64,000 bases of DNA from Lama guanicoe (taxonomy: Eukaryota), in contig MU054308.1 in assembly GCA_013239625.1 (NCBI GenBank), positions 15,174 through 79,173 on the forward strand, read 5' to 3'. The notes beneath the pieces were generated by a model, which saw nothing but the letters and a program-made list of their open reading frames with translations, was not told the DNA's origin and made no database searches. The position numbers and the translations under genes were made by a program. This document shows, piece after piece, positions 1-14,159 of the stretch; positions within the stretch are counted from its first letter, which is position 1, and each line of letters starts with the position of its first letter.

Positions 1-1404
1 TACTAAAAAAAAAAGTAAATATAATTGATACTTATTATATGAAAATTATCAGTGTCAGGAGAAAGCAAATAAAAATATGTTTATAAAATTACATTGTGTA
101 TATGTTTATAGGAAATCCACATTCATCTCACAAAATACATTGTTTATAAGGTTGTGAGCTTCTAATATCCTACTCTGTCCCCACATACATGTCTTTCTTA
201 TGTCAGAAATACTGAACTACAGTTAGGAAAACATATTTTAAATAAATGGAATCGGAAGTTATATAATCTTGTTTAGATGCACTGTCGAAAGGCTACAGGA
301 ACAAAGCACATTGATAAGTGCTGAGTTTTCTGTAAGATAAGGGAGGGCTGAAGAGCTTTTCCTTACCAGCATCAGAGTTGTATGGAAGGTATCAAATTAA
401 TTTTTCTTACTTTACTATCTCTGTTGATTATCTGATTAATATTTTTAAAGCTATATTCTTTGAGAAAATTTTATGTGCTTTCTGTCCGATTGCACTGGAA
501 ACTGAACATTGTATCATCACTGTAACACTGGATACTCAAGATCTGCGAGCTTCCAAAAGTTGCTTTTCACATCTCAATACAAGGTGGAAACCCACTTTGT
601 AGTCAACAAGAGATCAGAAGAGATCAGAAAAATTCATATTTATACGTTGATTTCAATATTCATTAAATATACAATATTCTTAAGAAAGGAATAAGATGTG
701 CCTATAGTCACTAACTGACTAAGGATTTGACAGGACATCAAACTTGAAACTGACCACCTGCAGCTTCTTAATTCCACCATGATTTTAATTTTTTATTCCT
801 GACTCTTTAGTTAGACCTTCTTGTCCCTCAGTTTTGACCTTTCTTCTTCATATGACTAAGTAAGTATGTATATAAAACTTAAATATTACATAAACAATAT
901 GGCACTGACATTTCAAAGATGCTCATTAGCCTTTGTGAAAATATTTGTACATCAATCTGAAGGAAAATGGAAACTGTCCTGTTCTGCTCCATGCATTATC
1001 AATGGCAGGGTGCACACAGAAGTGAATCAGACATCCTCATGTTTTACTGTGCTTTGTCATAGAATAAGCACTCTACTGCAAGTCACCAAGCTGGATATCA
1101 GTAAAATACGGCACCAACATGGAATATACTACCTGTTTACCTGTGATGAGACTCTGCCTTGGCTTCCCCACGTGTTTCATGACACACATAGTGAGATCAA
1201 TTTATGGGTTCTTTTTCACCCCATGAGACTCTCCCTCAGGGAATGCCAAGCACTTTCTTGATTTTCCCTGAAGCACTGAAATCATAATAGATTACAAAGG
1301 AAAGGGTGGATTTATTAATAGTACAGAACAATTTGTTTTTACCAGTAGGTGATTAAGATTGCATTCCTGCTTTTTACTCTTTATTCACTTTCTATTTTTT
1401 TCTG

Positions 1405-1686
1405 CTTTGATAGTTAATTTCTGCATCCCTTTGGCCAGGCTGTGGTGCCCAGTCATTTGGTCAAACATCAGTCTAGACGTCATAGTGAAGATTTTTTTTA
1501 AAGATTTTAACATTTAAATCAATAGAATTTTAGTATAGCCAGTTATTCTCCTGAATAGAGGTGTGCTTCATCTAATTAGCTGAATGTCCTAAAGAGCAAA
1601 TGCTGAGGTCCCCTGATCTCTATGTATACATATGTATGTATGAATGTTCTTTTGAATCTGTTTCTCTGAGTACCCTTACTAATACA
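1405..1686 (+). mobile_element. MLT2-like (ERV-L class) LTR remnant, internally deleted
   Basis: Contains MLT2-typical text TTGGCCAGGCTGTGGTGCCCAGTCATTTGGTCAAACATCAGTCTAGA and ends TCTGTTTCTCTGAG...CTAATACA. Recognised from memory; boundaries approximate. Confidence 0.65.
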
Positions 1687-2614
1687 ATCCCACAGGGAAA
1701 TGGATTTCTTTATTTTATCTATACAACAACCTTGTCAGTATTCCTCCCATCTACAATGGTCTCCACAAATAGGTGATAATCAAGACATTTTAAACAATGT
1801 CCAATCACATTATTTAAATGATTAAATGAACTTAAAGTAATAATGCATTATGTGTATGAAGTGTGATTTCCTTCAATTATTTTTTCACTAATTTCTTTTT
1901 TTTTCTTTTTGAACATAGAGAGACTAATTAGTTACTTACACTTCCCATTCTCATTTTATATTGTATTGTCATGATCTCTTTAGGTCTTCTCTTTCATTAC
2001 ATTTGCCTGTGTTACATTTCAGTATTTCTTATTCTTCCATTATGTCCAATATTCACTCCAACTCTTCTTGTCTAACTTGACACATATTCTACTATGCTTG
2101 ATATATACCCAGCATGATCAATGTGGTCTGCAAAAATGTAATATTTTCTGTGCATATATTTTACTGTGTTATTTTGCTGTAAATTGTTTTGTTGCATTTT
2201 AGGTCACTTTATTTGTCACAAATCCATGTTGTGACTTTTTTTGTTTCTTTCTTCATCGTAGTCAATAATATATGATAATTTCATACATCTATTCTTTATA
2301 TGGTAAACAGGCTATGTGTGAGAACATGTAGGAATGACACGCCATTTGGACTAGAAACTAGATATGGGTAGATATCTAAAGTATGAGCAGGAATTAGTCA
2401 TCTGTCTGTGATATACTTTGGTTTGAAAATAATAAATCATTTTCTTTATTTATATGCTTATCATACATTGATTTTTGTTTATCCCATAGAGGTAACATTA
2501 CAGAGCTAAAACAATGCTAGTTACAGTATACATAGATTAATATATAATTTGCTGTTAGCATATCCTACAGTGAATTTTAAGTAGAATAGTTGCACACATT
2601 CTCCAGGTTCTAAG

Positions 2615-3527
2615 TCAGGCAGTTTTCACCTCTTTGTTCCTCAAACTGTAGATCATAGGATTTAGCATGGGTATTACTAAAGTGTAAAATAAAGAGGCCA
2701 TTTTATCAGCATCAAATGAATCACTGGATTTGGACTTCACATACATAAAGAATAGAGTACTGTAGAATATGATTATCACTGTCAGGTGAGACCCACAGGT
2801 GAAGAAAGATTTGTGCCTGCCTTCTTCAGAGTTCATCTTAAGGATGGTGACCAGGATCAAACTATAGGGCACAAGGACTATCTGAAGAGATGAAATCAAA
2901 TTAAAAACTGAAAAGATCAGAATTATCGACTTAATCTCCAGTGTCTCTGTGCAGAGCAAAGACATCAGTGGCTGAGAGTCACAGTAGAACTGCCTAATGA
3001 CATTATAGCCACAAAACGATGAAGTAAAAATTTTTATGATGGTCAGCAAAGACAAAAAGACACCGTAGAGATAGAGGATTGCTATGAGTGCCTGACATAA
3101 TCTTTGGGACATGATGACTGTGTAGAGCAGGGGGTTACAGATGACCACAGAGTGGTCATAGGCCATTGCAGACAGAATGAAAAGTTCACTGATGATAAAC
3201 ACACCAAAGACAGTCATCTGGGCACACCAGTTATGAGAGATTGCATGCTCATCTACAGCCAAGTCGACTAGCATTTTGGGCCCAATAGCTGTTGAATAAC
3301 CAAGATCAGTGAAAGCCAGGTGTCTGAGGAAAAAGTACATGGGTGTTTGTAGCCTGGTGAGGATCTATCTTGGTGAAGATGATCAAGCCCAGATTACCCA
3401 CCACTGAGACCATTTATACAATGAGGAAGAGTCCAAATAACAGAGCCTGCAGCTCAGGGAGGTCCGTGATTCCTATTAGGATGAATTCATTCAACACTGT
3501 CAGATTGCATTTGTGCATCCAAGCCAT
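2615..3527 (-). pseudogene. Olfactory receptor pseudogene, OR8K subfamily-like
   Basis: Minus strand from ATG 3527 reads MAWMHKCNLTVLNEFILIGITDLPELQALLFGLFLIV* (TAA 3414-3416). A frameshift (about 4 nt extra, near 3355-3362) precedes the 241-aa ORF MYFFLRHLAFTDLGYST...MAYDHSVVICNPLLY...[19 protein letters not shown] at 2615-2617 is probably slightly premature. Motifs closely match recalled OR8K3/K5. Confidence 0.9.
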
Positions 3528-3717
3528 TTGGGAAACATATACTGGAAATGAATATCAAAATAATTGTTAACTTTCATGAGATATATCTGAGATTATCATT
3601 GTAATAAGTGATTTAAGTCTTACATCTTTTATTTATGGCTTGCTGGTTTAATTGGCTAGCTCAACACATGGCACCTTAGTTCTCTCTCTCCCCCTGCTCA
3701 GCTAAGCTGTTTACAGG

Positions 3718-4592
3718 TTTCTTAGACATGGCACCAAAAGCACAAACAGCAGAAGTAAACATAGATACATTGGACTTAATCAAAATTAAAACAAAACAAA
3801 ACAAAACTTTGTGCAGCAAAGGACATTCTCAAAGAATTAAAAATGTGACTCACACAATAGAAAAAAATTGCAAATCATATATTTAATGAGAATCTAGTAT
3901 ACAGAATATAGAAACGATTTCTATAACTCAACAACAAAAAGACTTAATGACACAAATTTGAAAACAGGCAAAGACCTTAAATAGAAATTTGTCACAGAAG
4001 ATACACAAATGGACAATAAGCACATGAAAAGATATCCAACAAATCAAAGACACAATGAGATATCACTTCATACCACCCCTCCCACCATGGCTATTTAAAA
4101 AAAAAATTGCAAATGCTGACAAGGGTGTAGAGAGATTAGAACCTTTACCCATTGTTTTAAGGAATGTAAAATGGTGTAGCCACTATGAAAATAATTTGGC
4201 AGTCACTCTATAAATTAACCATAGATTTGCCACTGTGACCCAGCAATTCCACTCCTGGATATGTGCCTCAAAGTTCTGAAAACCACACATGCTCCTACAA
4301 AATCATGTACATAAATGTTCATTGCAACATTTTTCATAATAGTCAAAAGGTAGAAACCACATAGATGTCCATCTAGTAATGAATACATATGATATATCCA
4401 TACAATGGAAAATGAATGAGCCATAAAAGGGAAGAGATACTGATACATGCTACACCATCCATGAGCCTTTGAAACACTGTGCTAAGTGAAAGAAGCCAAG
4501 TATACAAAGCTACATATTGCACATATCCATCCTGTGAAATACCCAGAACAGACAAATCCACAGAGACAGAAAGTAGGTTATTGTGGCTTGTT
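3718..4592 (+). mobile_element. Old LINE-1 3' fragment (ORF2 C-terminus and 3' UTR, L1M-type)
   Basis: L1 hallmark sequences: TTCTTAGACATGGCACCAAAAGCAC, GACCCAGCAATTCCACTCCTGG, ATCCATACAATGGAA, CAGACAAATCCACAGAGACAGAAAGTAG. Starts about 190 bp upstream of the OR8K-like ATG. Confidence 0.85.
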
Positions 4593-6894
4593 CAGGAACA
4601 CTGAATTAATTAACAACAGACAATCCATTTGGGGACAAATTTCAGTGGATATAAAATTATATAAATTTTTATGTACAAATCTCAACTGGCTGGATAAATG
4701 AGGTTAGGGGGTGTGTTCTTTTCTAAATACATGCTAATAAGTACCAGTCTCCTTGTATGTGAGAAAATTGTGAAATATTTTTCTCACCATCCTTAGAGTT
4801 CTGTGTAAAGCACTAAATGAAAAACAAAATTCTACTTATATTATTTTACATAATTAGTGAAGATGGTCCGGTTCTGAACTTTAAATCTTTTTTCTCTCAA
4901 GATTCTTGAAACATGTAAAAATACAACAGGCAAGGCTTAGCATTGGACCATCACTATAAAGCTATGCTGAGGAAAGAGATTAGGGAGGTTAAATCATTTC
5001 CGTCCCTGCCCTGTGCACCAAATACACATTCAACACTAAAATAAGTGACAGTAAATGTATTCTACAATGAGAGATCAAAAATATATATCTAAATTGATAT
5101 ATTTAAACACAAAAATAATTTTTGAGAAGGAATAAAGGGAGTTTTACTAAGAGCTCCTAAAAAAGAATGGTAAAGACACTGTAATTTTAGGCAAAATACA
5201 CATTCCATTTTTATAATTTTGCAAGGACTGTCTTTTGCTTAAATCTGTATTTGAATAGATTTTAATCTTAGTTCCAATCTCATTTAGATGTGCATTTAGT
5301 CATTCAAGGGACAATATGATGGCATTTCAAATACTAATCAGACATTATGGTGTGATGGAGTCACCATGTAGTGAAATAGATGCTTTATTCCATTTTGCTT
5401 AGTCTTTCAACATATTTTAATTGAAATGAGTCTGTAAGGAAGAGTTACCATTTCTTATTTATTTGTTTATAGCAGTATATACTCTTTGATACTTAGTTTG
5501 TTTTGGGAGGTTATTATCCAATACCCCCATCACTTCCATTGCTGCTCAATTCATTCTAGCTTTGCTAATGGAACCATCATTGAATTAACTCCTGCATGCT
5601 CTGCTCTTTGTTTGTTTGATTCATTTCCACTTCTTACATCCTGACAGTGCAGTGTGCTCCAGGTTTATAATATATTTTCCTGGACTTTTCTCTAGAAAGT
5701 ACCACTTCGCAAAGGATCCCTGTTATTATTATATTATAAATTTTTAAATAAAGATAATGACATTGATGAAGTCATTAAGTTTTATATAAATATTTTGGAA
5801 AGTAATTTAGTAAAGTATCAAGATAAAAAATATGCATTTCACCAAAGAATTCGATTATTAGACAACTATCAGGATGAAAACAATCAGAAAAATGAATAAG
5901 TTTTATACACAGGTTAATCATTTTGCTATAAATTACTTTGTAAGACATTAAAACCCGAAGTGTACAACCCAGGAATTGGATATTTTGGCTGGCCCAGTGT
6001 ACGTTAGAACTTTATTTTGTGATTATGAGACATCATTCAGCACTTGCCACATCCTAATGAATCTCTCATTAAGTAATAATTTTGTTTTTGAAAACTTGGT
6101 TTAACATTAAGTGATTATTTATATTTTTGAAAATGCATGGCAGTTGTGGTGATATGCAATCAAAATATTTAACAGTGGGATTATTATGGAAGAAAATATA
6201 GGCCACATAGAAACAATGAAGTACAATTTGCCTTAAAATACTTTGATACATATTAACATAAGTTTAATTGTCAAGTAATAAGAAAAAAAAAAAGCCCAGA
6301 GACTTACAGAGTTTGACAGATAAAGTTTATTGCTAGGCACTATGGGTTATTTCATTTGATAAATATCAGCATTCTTTCCACAAATTTGAAACTGTTCATT
6401 AAGCATTGCAAAGGTGTCATCAGCAAAGACTATGCTCACTCTCTTAACAACTGTAGTGATGACAGTGGTGCAGGACCGAGTTTCTGATGCATATCTGAGT
6501 AAGTAGGACTATAATATGAACATAGCTATGTGGGACTCTAAGAGTCATTTTGTTTAAAAAAAACTTTCAGCATTTTCAAGTAGCTGTACTATTTAATGGA
6601 AATTTCCTAAAGGCTGATTTTTTTTTTCAGTGAATTCCAATATACACTGATATAACAGAAAACCTTTGCATTGTTATTTTGGTATTTCTGTTAAACAACA
6701 GGGAGAAATAGAATTGTCATAAAAATAAACACTTCTGTGCCTGTGGCATTATTTTTAAAGTAAAATATTCAAATTTTAAATTTTCCAGGTAAATATGGCA
6801 AACAAAATGCATTCAGAAAATTGTGTTTCCTTGTGTAAAGTGGGAGAAGGCCTGTGAACATGTACACAAATATATGTGTGTTTGAACACTACTT

Positions 6895-6975
6895 CTCAAA
6901 TGTTGGATACTGTCTGATCTTGGGTAAGCTTTTAACTCCCTTGATCACTTGTTTCCTCATCTGTAAAATGGGTCA
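6895..6975 (+). mobile_element. MIR SINE core fragment
   Basis: TGATCTTGGGTAAG...TTTCCTCATCTGTAAAATGGG matches the MIR core. Confidence 0.55.
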
Positions 6976-7254
6976 GCTCTTCTACAGCTGTAAAGAGGGA
7001 AGACTGATTTCACTCTCTGTAACTGATTCTTTTTGAAGTATCTGTATGTGCATGTGTGAGTGTGTACGTGTGTGTTTCTGTATGTGTATTAGTGTGTTGT
7101 CACCTACTGGTTCTTCTATATCCAATTAAAACTGAAAATCATATTCTGTAACTAACCAATCTGTAGAAGATAGTGTCAATTTATTACCTAAGAAGTTAGT
7201 AAAGATTCAAAATAATAATTGAGAAATTGAAAGAATCTAAATTATGCAATGGCA

Positions 7255-7798
7255 CAAAATTATTTTAAACTGGAGCCACTTGAGATTCAGTTGATGCAGA
7301 GAGATGATTTCTCTGAACCTCCTTTATCTGACTAAAGACAGAACTTCTGAGAATGAAGTTGCCATATATCCTCTCTCCCTGGACTGCTTTGTCTTGAAGA
7401 GGAAGACAGAAAAGATCACTTGCTCCTGCATAAACAAATGATGTCACAGAATTTCCTGTCTCTCATTTGTTCTCTTAGAAACCCATTTGTTTTTCCCATA
7501 GAAGTCATGTCTCCCTTTCTCTTTCTTATATTGTTGGGAAATAAACTTCATCTCTAATTATTGAGCTAGCCACTTTTTTTGGTGCACTCATATACATATG
7601 AATGCACTTTGTCTATTCTCCTGTGAAGCAGCCTTTTGTTAGTTTATCTTTTTTAATTAAATATATTAATTTATTTATTTTTAATGGCTGTACTGGGGAT
7701 TGAACCCAGGACCTCATGCATGCTAAGCACGTGCTCTACTGCTGAGCTATTAGTTTAATTCACAGGCCCTTAATTAATAAACCTAAAAACATGTAGCA
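7255..7798 (+). mobile_element. ERV1-type LTR fragment (MER34/MER39-like), interrupted by a SINE
   Basis: LTR-like text (CTCCTTTATCTGACTAAAGACAG; TCTATTCTCCTGTGAAGCAGCCTTTTGTTAGTTTA...ATTCACAGGCCC...AAACCTAA). Directly abuts the 3' end of the OR ORF at 7799. Family assignment tentative. Confidence 0.5.
7647..7749 (-). mobile_element. tRNA-derived camelid SINE (vic-1-like), 5'-clipped
   Basis: GTACTGGGGATTGAACCCAGGACCTCATGCATGCTAAGCACGTGCTCTACTGCTGAGCTA (pol III A/B boxes on the minus strand), with an AT-rich tail. Flanked by direct repeat TTAGTTTA at 7639-7646 and 7750-7757 (TSD). Confidence 0.85.
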
Positions 7799-8779
7799 TT
7801 AATCAATATTTCTTAAATTTTTTTTCTTGAAATTTAATAGTCTTTGAGCAAATATTTTTTGCATAACAATTCTTTTTATTGCTTCTTTGGCCTCTGTGTT
7901 TCTTATACTGTATATCAGGAGATTTAATATTGGTGCCCAAAGGGTATAGAACACGGACAGGATTTTTGCTCTATCCTGTGGGTAGCTAGAGCTGGTTCCC
8001 AGATAAATAAACATCACTGTTCCGTAGAAGAGAGTCACTACCATTAGGTGGGAGGCACATGTGGAGAAGGCTTTGTATCTGACCCTCAAACACTGTATTT
8101 TCAGGACAGTGAGAAGGATGCTCATATAGGAACTAACCACCATCAGAAAGGTAGCCACTGACATGGTCCCAGAGAGGACTGTAAACAAAGCCTCATTGTA
8201 CTGGGTATCAGAACAGGAAAGTTGGAACAGCAGTGGGATATCACAAAAATAATAGTTGATGACTTTGGGACCACAGAAGGACAGACTGAGCAAGCCACTC
8301 AAATGGGTGAGTGAGTTGGTGCAACCTACTAGGTAGGACACAGTCACCAGTTGGATGCAGAATGTAGGGGTCATGAGACCTTTGTAGTAAAGGGGGTGGC
8401 AAATGGCAATGTACTGATCAAATGCCATTGCAGCCAGAAGGAAGTATTCTGTGGTCAAGAGCATGCTGACAAAGGAATACTGAAGGGGGCAACTGCAATA
8501 GGAGATGGCTCTCTGTCCTGCTATGTAGTTCATCAGCGTCTTAGGGATAAAGACCAAGGAATAGCAGAAATCCAAGAAAGCAAACTGGCTGAGGAAAAAT
8601 TACTTGGGAGAATGGAGCTGGGCACTAGCCAGGATGACTGCAATCAGCCAAACATTGCCCACCACAGTGATGAGATAAATCAAGAGAAACAGCACAAATA
8701 GGATCATATTCAGTTCAGGGTCATTGGTCAGCCCCAGGAGGATGAACTCAATTATCTCACTGACATTTCTGTTAGCCAT
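7799..8779 (-). pseudogene. Olfactory receptor pseudogene, OR5 family (subfamily uncertain)
   Basis: ATG 8779: MANRNVSEIIEFILLGLTNDPEL...QLHSPK* (TAA 8600-8602, codon 60; PMY motif became PK*). The same frame continues through MAFDQYIAICHPL, KAFSTCASHL and PILNLLIYSIRN to the stop at 7799. Splice-acceptor-like TCTCTGTAG ends at 8804. Confidence 0.9.
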
Positions 8780-9625
8780 TTATGTGGCTCCTTTATGATG
8801 GGTCTACAGAGAATAAGAGGAAACAGAAAATAAGTAAAAGGTGTAGCTTGAACATGAATTTGTTCAACCAGCATCTTTAGAAAACTGCATGGTTTTGGTT
8901 AATAATAATAATCCACAGTCAATTCATTTCTTGCAAGTATGAAAGTTAGCCTGATTCAGAACCGTATTCAGATCAAAGTCTCACCAGGGGCTGTGAACTG
9001 GTAGTAGGTTCTACATAAGAACCCCTGGAGAAAATAAACTCCCCATGAAAAGCTGTAATAGTGATCTTAGTTCAACAGAGACAGTTCAGAGGTTGATGTT
9101 GGATAACAGTGTGTCTCAGTTTCCAGAACACAAGACAAGGACCTCATGTTTTAAGGAAGAAGATCCCTTAACAAAGAACAAAAAACTCAATGTTTAACAG
9201 GTAAATTCTTGGGGCATCTGGCAAAATTATTCTCTATGACATCTTTTTAACTTAGACTAAAATACACATGACATGTTAAACAACAGAAATAACAAGAGGG
9301 CAGAATATACATATATGTGTATATAATGTCATCTAATACAACTGATCATTATCCATAAAAATGGAAAATGAGAATTAGGTGTGTCCAGACTGAATGAAAC
9401 AACTTAAAACATTTTCTCTCAATATGACATCACTTATTCATTAAAACTCAGTTATTCCAGGAAGTCATTCTTTGCTATGCCAAAAGATATTTATCATTCC
9501 ATGCTTGGATTTCTTACAACATTTATTACCAAATGGCTTAAATTAGACCACAGCAGTTTTTTTGCCTTAAGATTGAGTCAAACATGTGTTTGAACCCCTA
9601 TAGTCAAGAAACCTCAACTCTAGAT

Positions 9626-9761
9626 GGGGTGGATGTAGGTCAGTGTTAGAATGTGTACTTAGCATGCATGAAGGCCTGGGGTCAATTCCCAAAATCTCTA
9701 TAGATGTAAATAAATAAATAAACCAAATCACTGCCCCCCCACACACACACAAAGAAAAAAA
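9626..9761 (+). mobile_element. tRNA-derived camelid SINE (vic-1-like)
   Basis: GGGGTGGATGTAGGTCAGTGTTAGAATGTGTACTTAGCATGCATGAAGGCCTGGGGTCAATTCCC, then (TAAA)n, a C-rich block and an A tail. Same family as 7647-7749. Confidence 0.8.
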
Positions 9762-12397
9762 GATTTAAAGTCTCAAGTCTAATTTCAAGAACAATGTATG
9801 TGATTTTGGCACATTAGCTCACATATGAATCTGGAGTTTTATCCAGGAAAAGTTAAATCATTAAATCAATTTTATTTTAACTTTTATCTTATAACCCAAA
9901 CTATGTGAGAAGCAACATTCTGATATCTAATATATTTGGGAAACACTTAGCTAAATAACTTTTAAGGAAAGCTTTCTTTACTGCAGGACTTATAGAAATG
10001 CATAATATTTGACTGTGCTTTGCAAGTTTCAGTAAGACAAATAAATACAGAACACATTTCATATTAATTTGACAATCAGATCTATCTTCACTAAATATTA
10101 ATGAAGATGATTTTCCATAATCTGTGCTTTGGGAATAATATTTCCCTGATATTGAATGCAGAGTGAGTGGGCTTGGATTTGTAACTTTTATTATCAGTGT
10201 TATACAAAAAAGTTATTTGATAACAATTCTGCATATCATGGTGCCAGATAACTTTATGTCCATTTGCTAGGAGAACATCCCGTGTCTAATTTTTCTCACA
10301 TTGGATATACAAGATATAAAAAGAATGGCTAGTCACTTTATACCACGTTGAGCTGTGATTGCACATCTAACTCTTGGTTTCCTAGCCTATTAGATTCATG
10401 TCTAAACCTTTCTCAAGCAGTAGATGTGAGACTTAAATAAGAAAATATGTGGAAACAGGGTGGCTCACCATGGGTAATCTCAAATGTTTGCTGTCTCTTC
10501 AAAGTAAAACAAATAAGGAAAACAGACTGGACTCTGCTGACCTACTGGACAGATGCCTTTGACTAAAGTGATTATTTGGATTTTTGCTTTTTTTTTAGTT
10601 TTGATGAGTTAGCTTTGCCTTGACTTTGTTTTTAAACAAACCAATTTGTTACTTTGATGATGAATTTCTTCTTATTTCACTGATTTTCTATTTCTCTTTA
10701 ATTTTCACTTAATAACTGGTACATTTCATCTGGACTTCCTTTCACTGTAAAGTCAGTTATGCAGAATAAGTTAACCTTTGAGTCTAAAATTTAGCTCTGC
10801 TAACAGGACCAAATAAATGGCTGCTCTTTTCCTCAGATTTAACACAATTCAACAGTTTGCAATAGCCAATCTCAATGAATTTCTGTAAGTAAATTCCCTC
10901 CTGTAACCGGCACAAGTATGTGATGCTATAAACACAGCTACCTGAGGAAATATGGAATAAGCCGTCTAATGACCTCTAGCGAGCTGGTTGGCCTAGTTGT
11001 AGTCTAACTGGGTTTCAGGCATCTCAGTAACTGGGACAGATTTGAGGAGACAATTATCTTCACATTTCATTCACAGTGTCTATTGAGAGTTGCTCTGAAT
11101 ACAGGAAAAGGCATTTATAACTCCTTTGTTAGAGCACATGAACGCGACCCCTACCTGGTGTTGAGAGGAAGCCTGGTTACTCTTATTGGTTTCTTGACTT
11201 GTGCTTCTATTTGGCTCAGGGCCTTTGGGGGATGCCATCCACAGGGGTCCTGTGAGCACCTGGTCTCATCAAACAGCTAAAGAGAGTCCTGGGAGAGTAA
11301 AGTCCCAGCACAATCTTGTCAAATGATAGCAATTCATGTATTTGGCCTTTTCTCTGTTTTAAAGAAAATTGTCACATGTGTCTTATCTCAGTTAGATGAG
11401 TCTCTACAAGGAAAAAATGAATTATTAAAAAATGAACTCCACTGGTGTCTATAATTATGATTTACAGAACTTAATAATATATACATAGACTTTATATATG
11501 TGTATACATACTGGTTTTAAAGAGCACTAAGCTTCAGCTGTTGAGGGCCATGTTCTTCTATAAATACATTGTTACTGATATGAATATGGAAAACACACAC
11601 ATTTACATCTGAGAGAACTCAAAAGAAGGGGGAGCAATGACTAAGCAGAACTCAGGTCTGTGTGTGTTTTTATACACTGGATTGCCTTTTAATATTGGGG
11701 TAATTCAGTCAACTAAGACACTAAAATATCAGGTTCAACACTTTTGTCACAATAGCGGCTGAACATAAAAATAAATTTTAGAAATACTTAATAGGTTGAT
11801 ATTTGGGGGATAAACTGGGAAATAAAAAGAAGGTAACTGTAGAGTGAAATGGTAGGCTAAATGTAAAAGAAGGGGATGGGATATTCTCTTGTAAGACTAA
11901 GTCCCTAAGATGAGTCAATACACACAGCATGAGAAAAGGTGGGGAAAATCTGCAGTAATTTTAAAATGAAGCAATACTGAAAACAGACCAACACACAGGG
12001 GATGTTAGAAGGTGTTTTATTAGTGAGAGTGTTTCTTTTACTTTGTCAACCGTTCATTTGCTATTGACTATATCTGCCACTTAAGGAGATTTGGAACCTG
12101 CTTAACTCAATTTCACTTAGTTTCAGAATATTTCACTTTAATGGTGTATTAAAGTTAAGATTTATAAATTTTAATGTTTATACATTTCATTTTAATGATA
12201 TGTTAGTCATTTTCCAATCTACATTCTACACATCTGCACACGAACCCTCCATTTGCCTCAGAATTCTAGGACTGGAATGTTTTTTCTCATTTAAGCATCA
12301 AGTCCCTGTTCTATAGTATAGTAGCTGTTTGTTAGGGTTAGTTGAAGGTCAGTACTAGAGAGAAACAAAAATCTTTCTTTTCCATAAAATAACACCC

Positions 12398-12399
<2 letters not shown>

Positions 12400-12429
<30 letters not shown>
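12400..12429. repeat. (CA)n microsatellite
   Basis: Direct reading: about 15 CA units. Confidence 0.95.
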
Positions 12430-12433
<4 letters not shown>

Positions 12434-14159
12434 TTAGTAAACTGTGTTCGTTTGTCTGCAGACTGGGAGGCCAGCCCCTTCTCCTATAGGCTGTATATTG
12501 TGATAGAATTTATTAAAAATTGTAAACAGCCCAATTTACTTTTCTGAGTTTCAATTCTTTTGCCCTTATAATATTTCTTGTGTTTCATACTCTCAGATAT
12601 AAGACACTTAATGCTCCCGAAAAGTTGTGATGAATTACATAAAATCATCATTATTATTTTATTTTTATCTTATTCTGAAAATTAAGACTTACATACAAAT
12701 ACATTTACATCAATGTCTCATACATAAATGCAGCCTTGTAGCACCCAATTTTAAATAATATATTAAGTGATTTTGGAAAATTCTGAAGGACTGTATATAT
12801 AAATGTTATATGCTGTCCTTTGTGGTGGTGGTGGTGTGGTTGTTTTATTCTGAAAAGTAAATTTTCATATGAATTTCTTTTCATGAATGTCTAATACAAT
12901 AAGCATTTCAATTTCCTAACTTCACAGACAGTGGAACCATTCATTTATGTGATTTTGGCTGTCACTGAGAAGAAAAAAATACAGATTAAACCAGGCTCAC
13001 TGCCTTGTAAAAACATGAGTTAATAATATAGAGCATCCAGCTGTCTCTGCACTGCTTAGCCAAACTACCACTATTTGTGTCAGTATTTAGAATAGACTCC
13101 AAAAATTAAATACAATTTTATTTGTAAATACAAGTATTCTTTAGAATACTGTTTTTATTTTCCAGACAGGATACTTTGCAGCAATTTGGGGAAAAGAGAT
13201 TGTTATGGAGCAATCAGCATTTAGGGTTCTAATTTTATCATTATATCCCTGTACATATAATTTGAATCTCTGGGAAAACAATTGGCCTCACATGCTTTCC
13301 CTGCTTAGAATACAGAGCAGCGGTTGTCTCCTACCTACATGACCTTCAGGGAAGTTTTTCTTTTAATGTCTAAAGATGTTGGAAGAGCCTTAAAGGAAAA
13401 GGAGAATTGAGTCTGATTATTGAATATTCTCTAATTAACTTGGAGGCATCCTTCCTAAATATGAAGAAAAGTTCTTCAGCGTAAGTTTTCTCTGAGAATT
13501 AGTGGCTCTTCCATGGGAAATGGTAATAAAGCTGTGGCATTCCATCTTGCTCAGTTTCATGTGTGGTAAAGGACACCAAGGCCAGGAAAGAGGAAATGGT
13601 TTAGGATAACCTCTGTGAGTGGAAAGGTGTCAAAACCAAGTCCTCCCTCTATTTTTGAGCATGTCTTTTATTTTGTAGAATATCTGACTATAAATAATCA
13701 AGGCTAATTCTAGGAGCATGTATCTACCAGTTTTACTTGATAATTCAAAAACTAGTACTTTCTGCTTTTAAAGTATTTTGCTTTTTTCTATGCTCAAGAG
13801 AGAAAACCAGTTAAGAGATATTTCACTATTTATGAATATTATGTTTGTATCTCTGTGTGTGTTTGTGTGTCTATATATCTGTGTGTATATATTCATTTCT
13901 ACCCACATACAGGAATGAAAATGTTTACAGCTGTCCAGAAATAACTAACCTAGATTTAGGATGGTTTATTAGGTTACTTTACACAGTAACCAGCCAACTA
14001 TGACATTATTCCAGGCTTTTTTCTTCCATTGTAAAACAGAAGTTTCCAATTAAGTAAACTCTAAGAGTCCTTTGGATTCATAGTTTTAGGAAATTCATAT
14101 AAATTTCATTATCAAAGTCACTTGTCTGTCTACTATTTTAGAGCACATATGGTATGAAA

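Noticed and set aside
866..1261. 131-aa plus-strand ORF
   Set aside because: No recognisable domain or homology. The length is compatible with chance, and the region is better explained as non-coding or regulatory.
7685..7749. tRNA-like A/B box sequence (also 9626-9700 and 40050-40118) as possible tRNA genes
   Set aside because: They have AT-rich tails, TSDs and divergent stems, so they are SINE copies and not tRNA genes.
8351..8701. Antisense or alternate-frame ORFs overlapping OR loci (also 3370-3570, 14466-14672, 26540-27005, 61796-62387)
   Set aside because: Shadow ORFs of OR coding sequence with no independent evidence.
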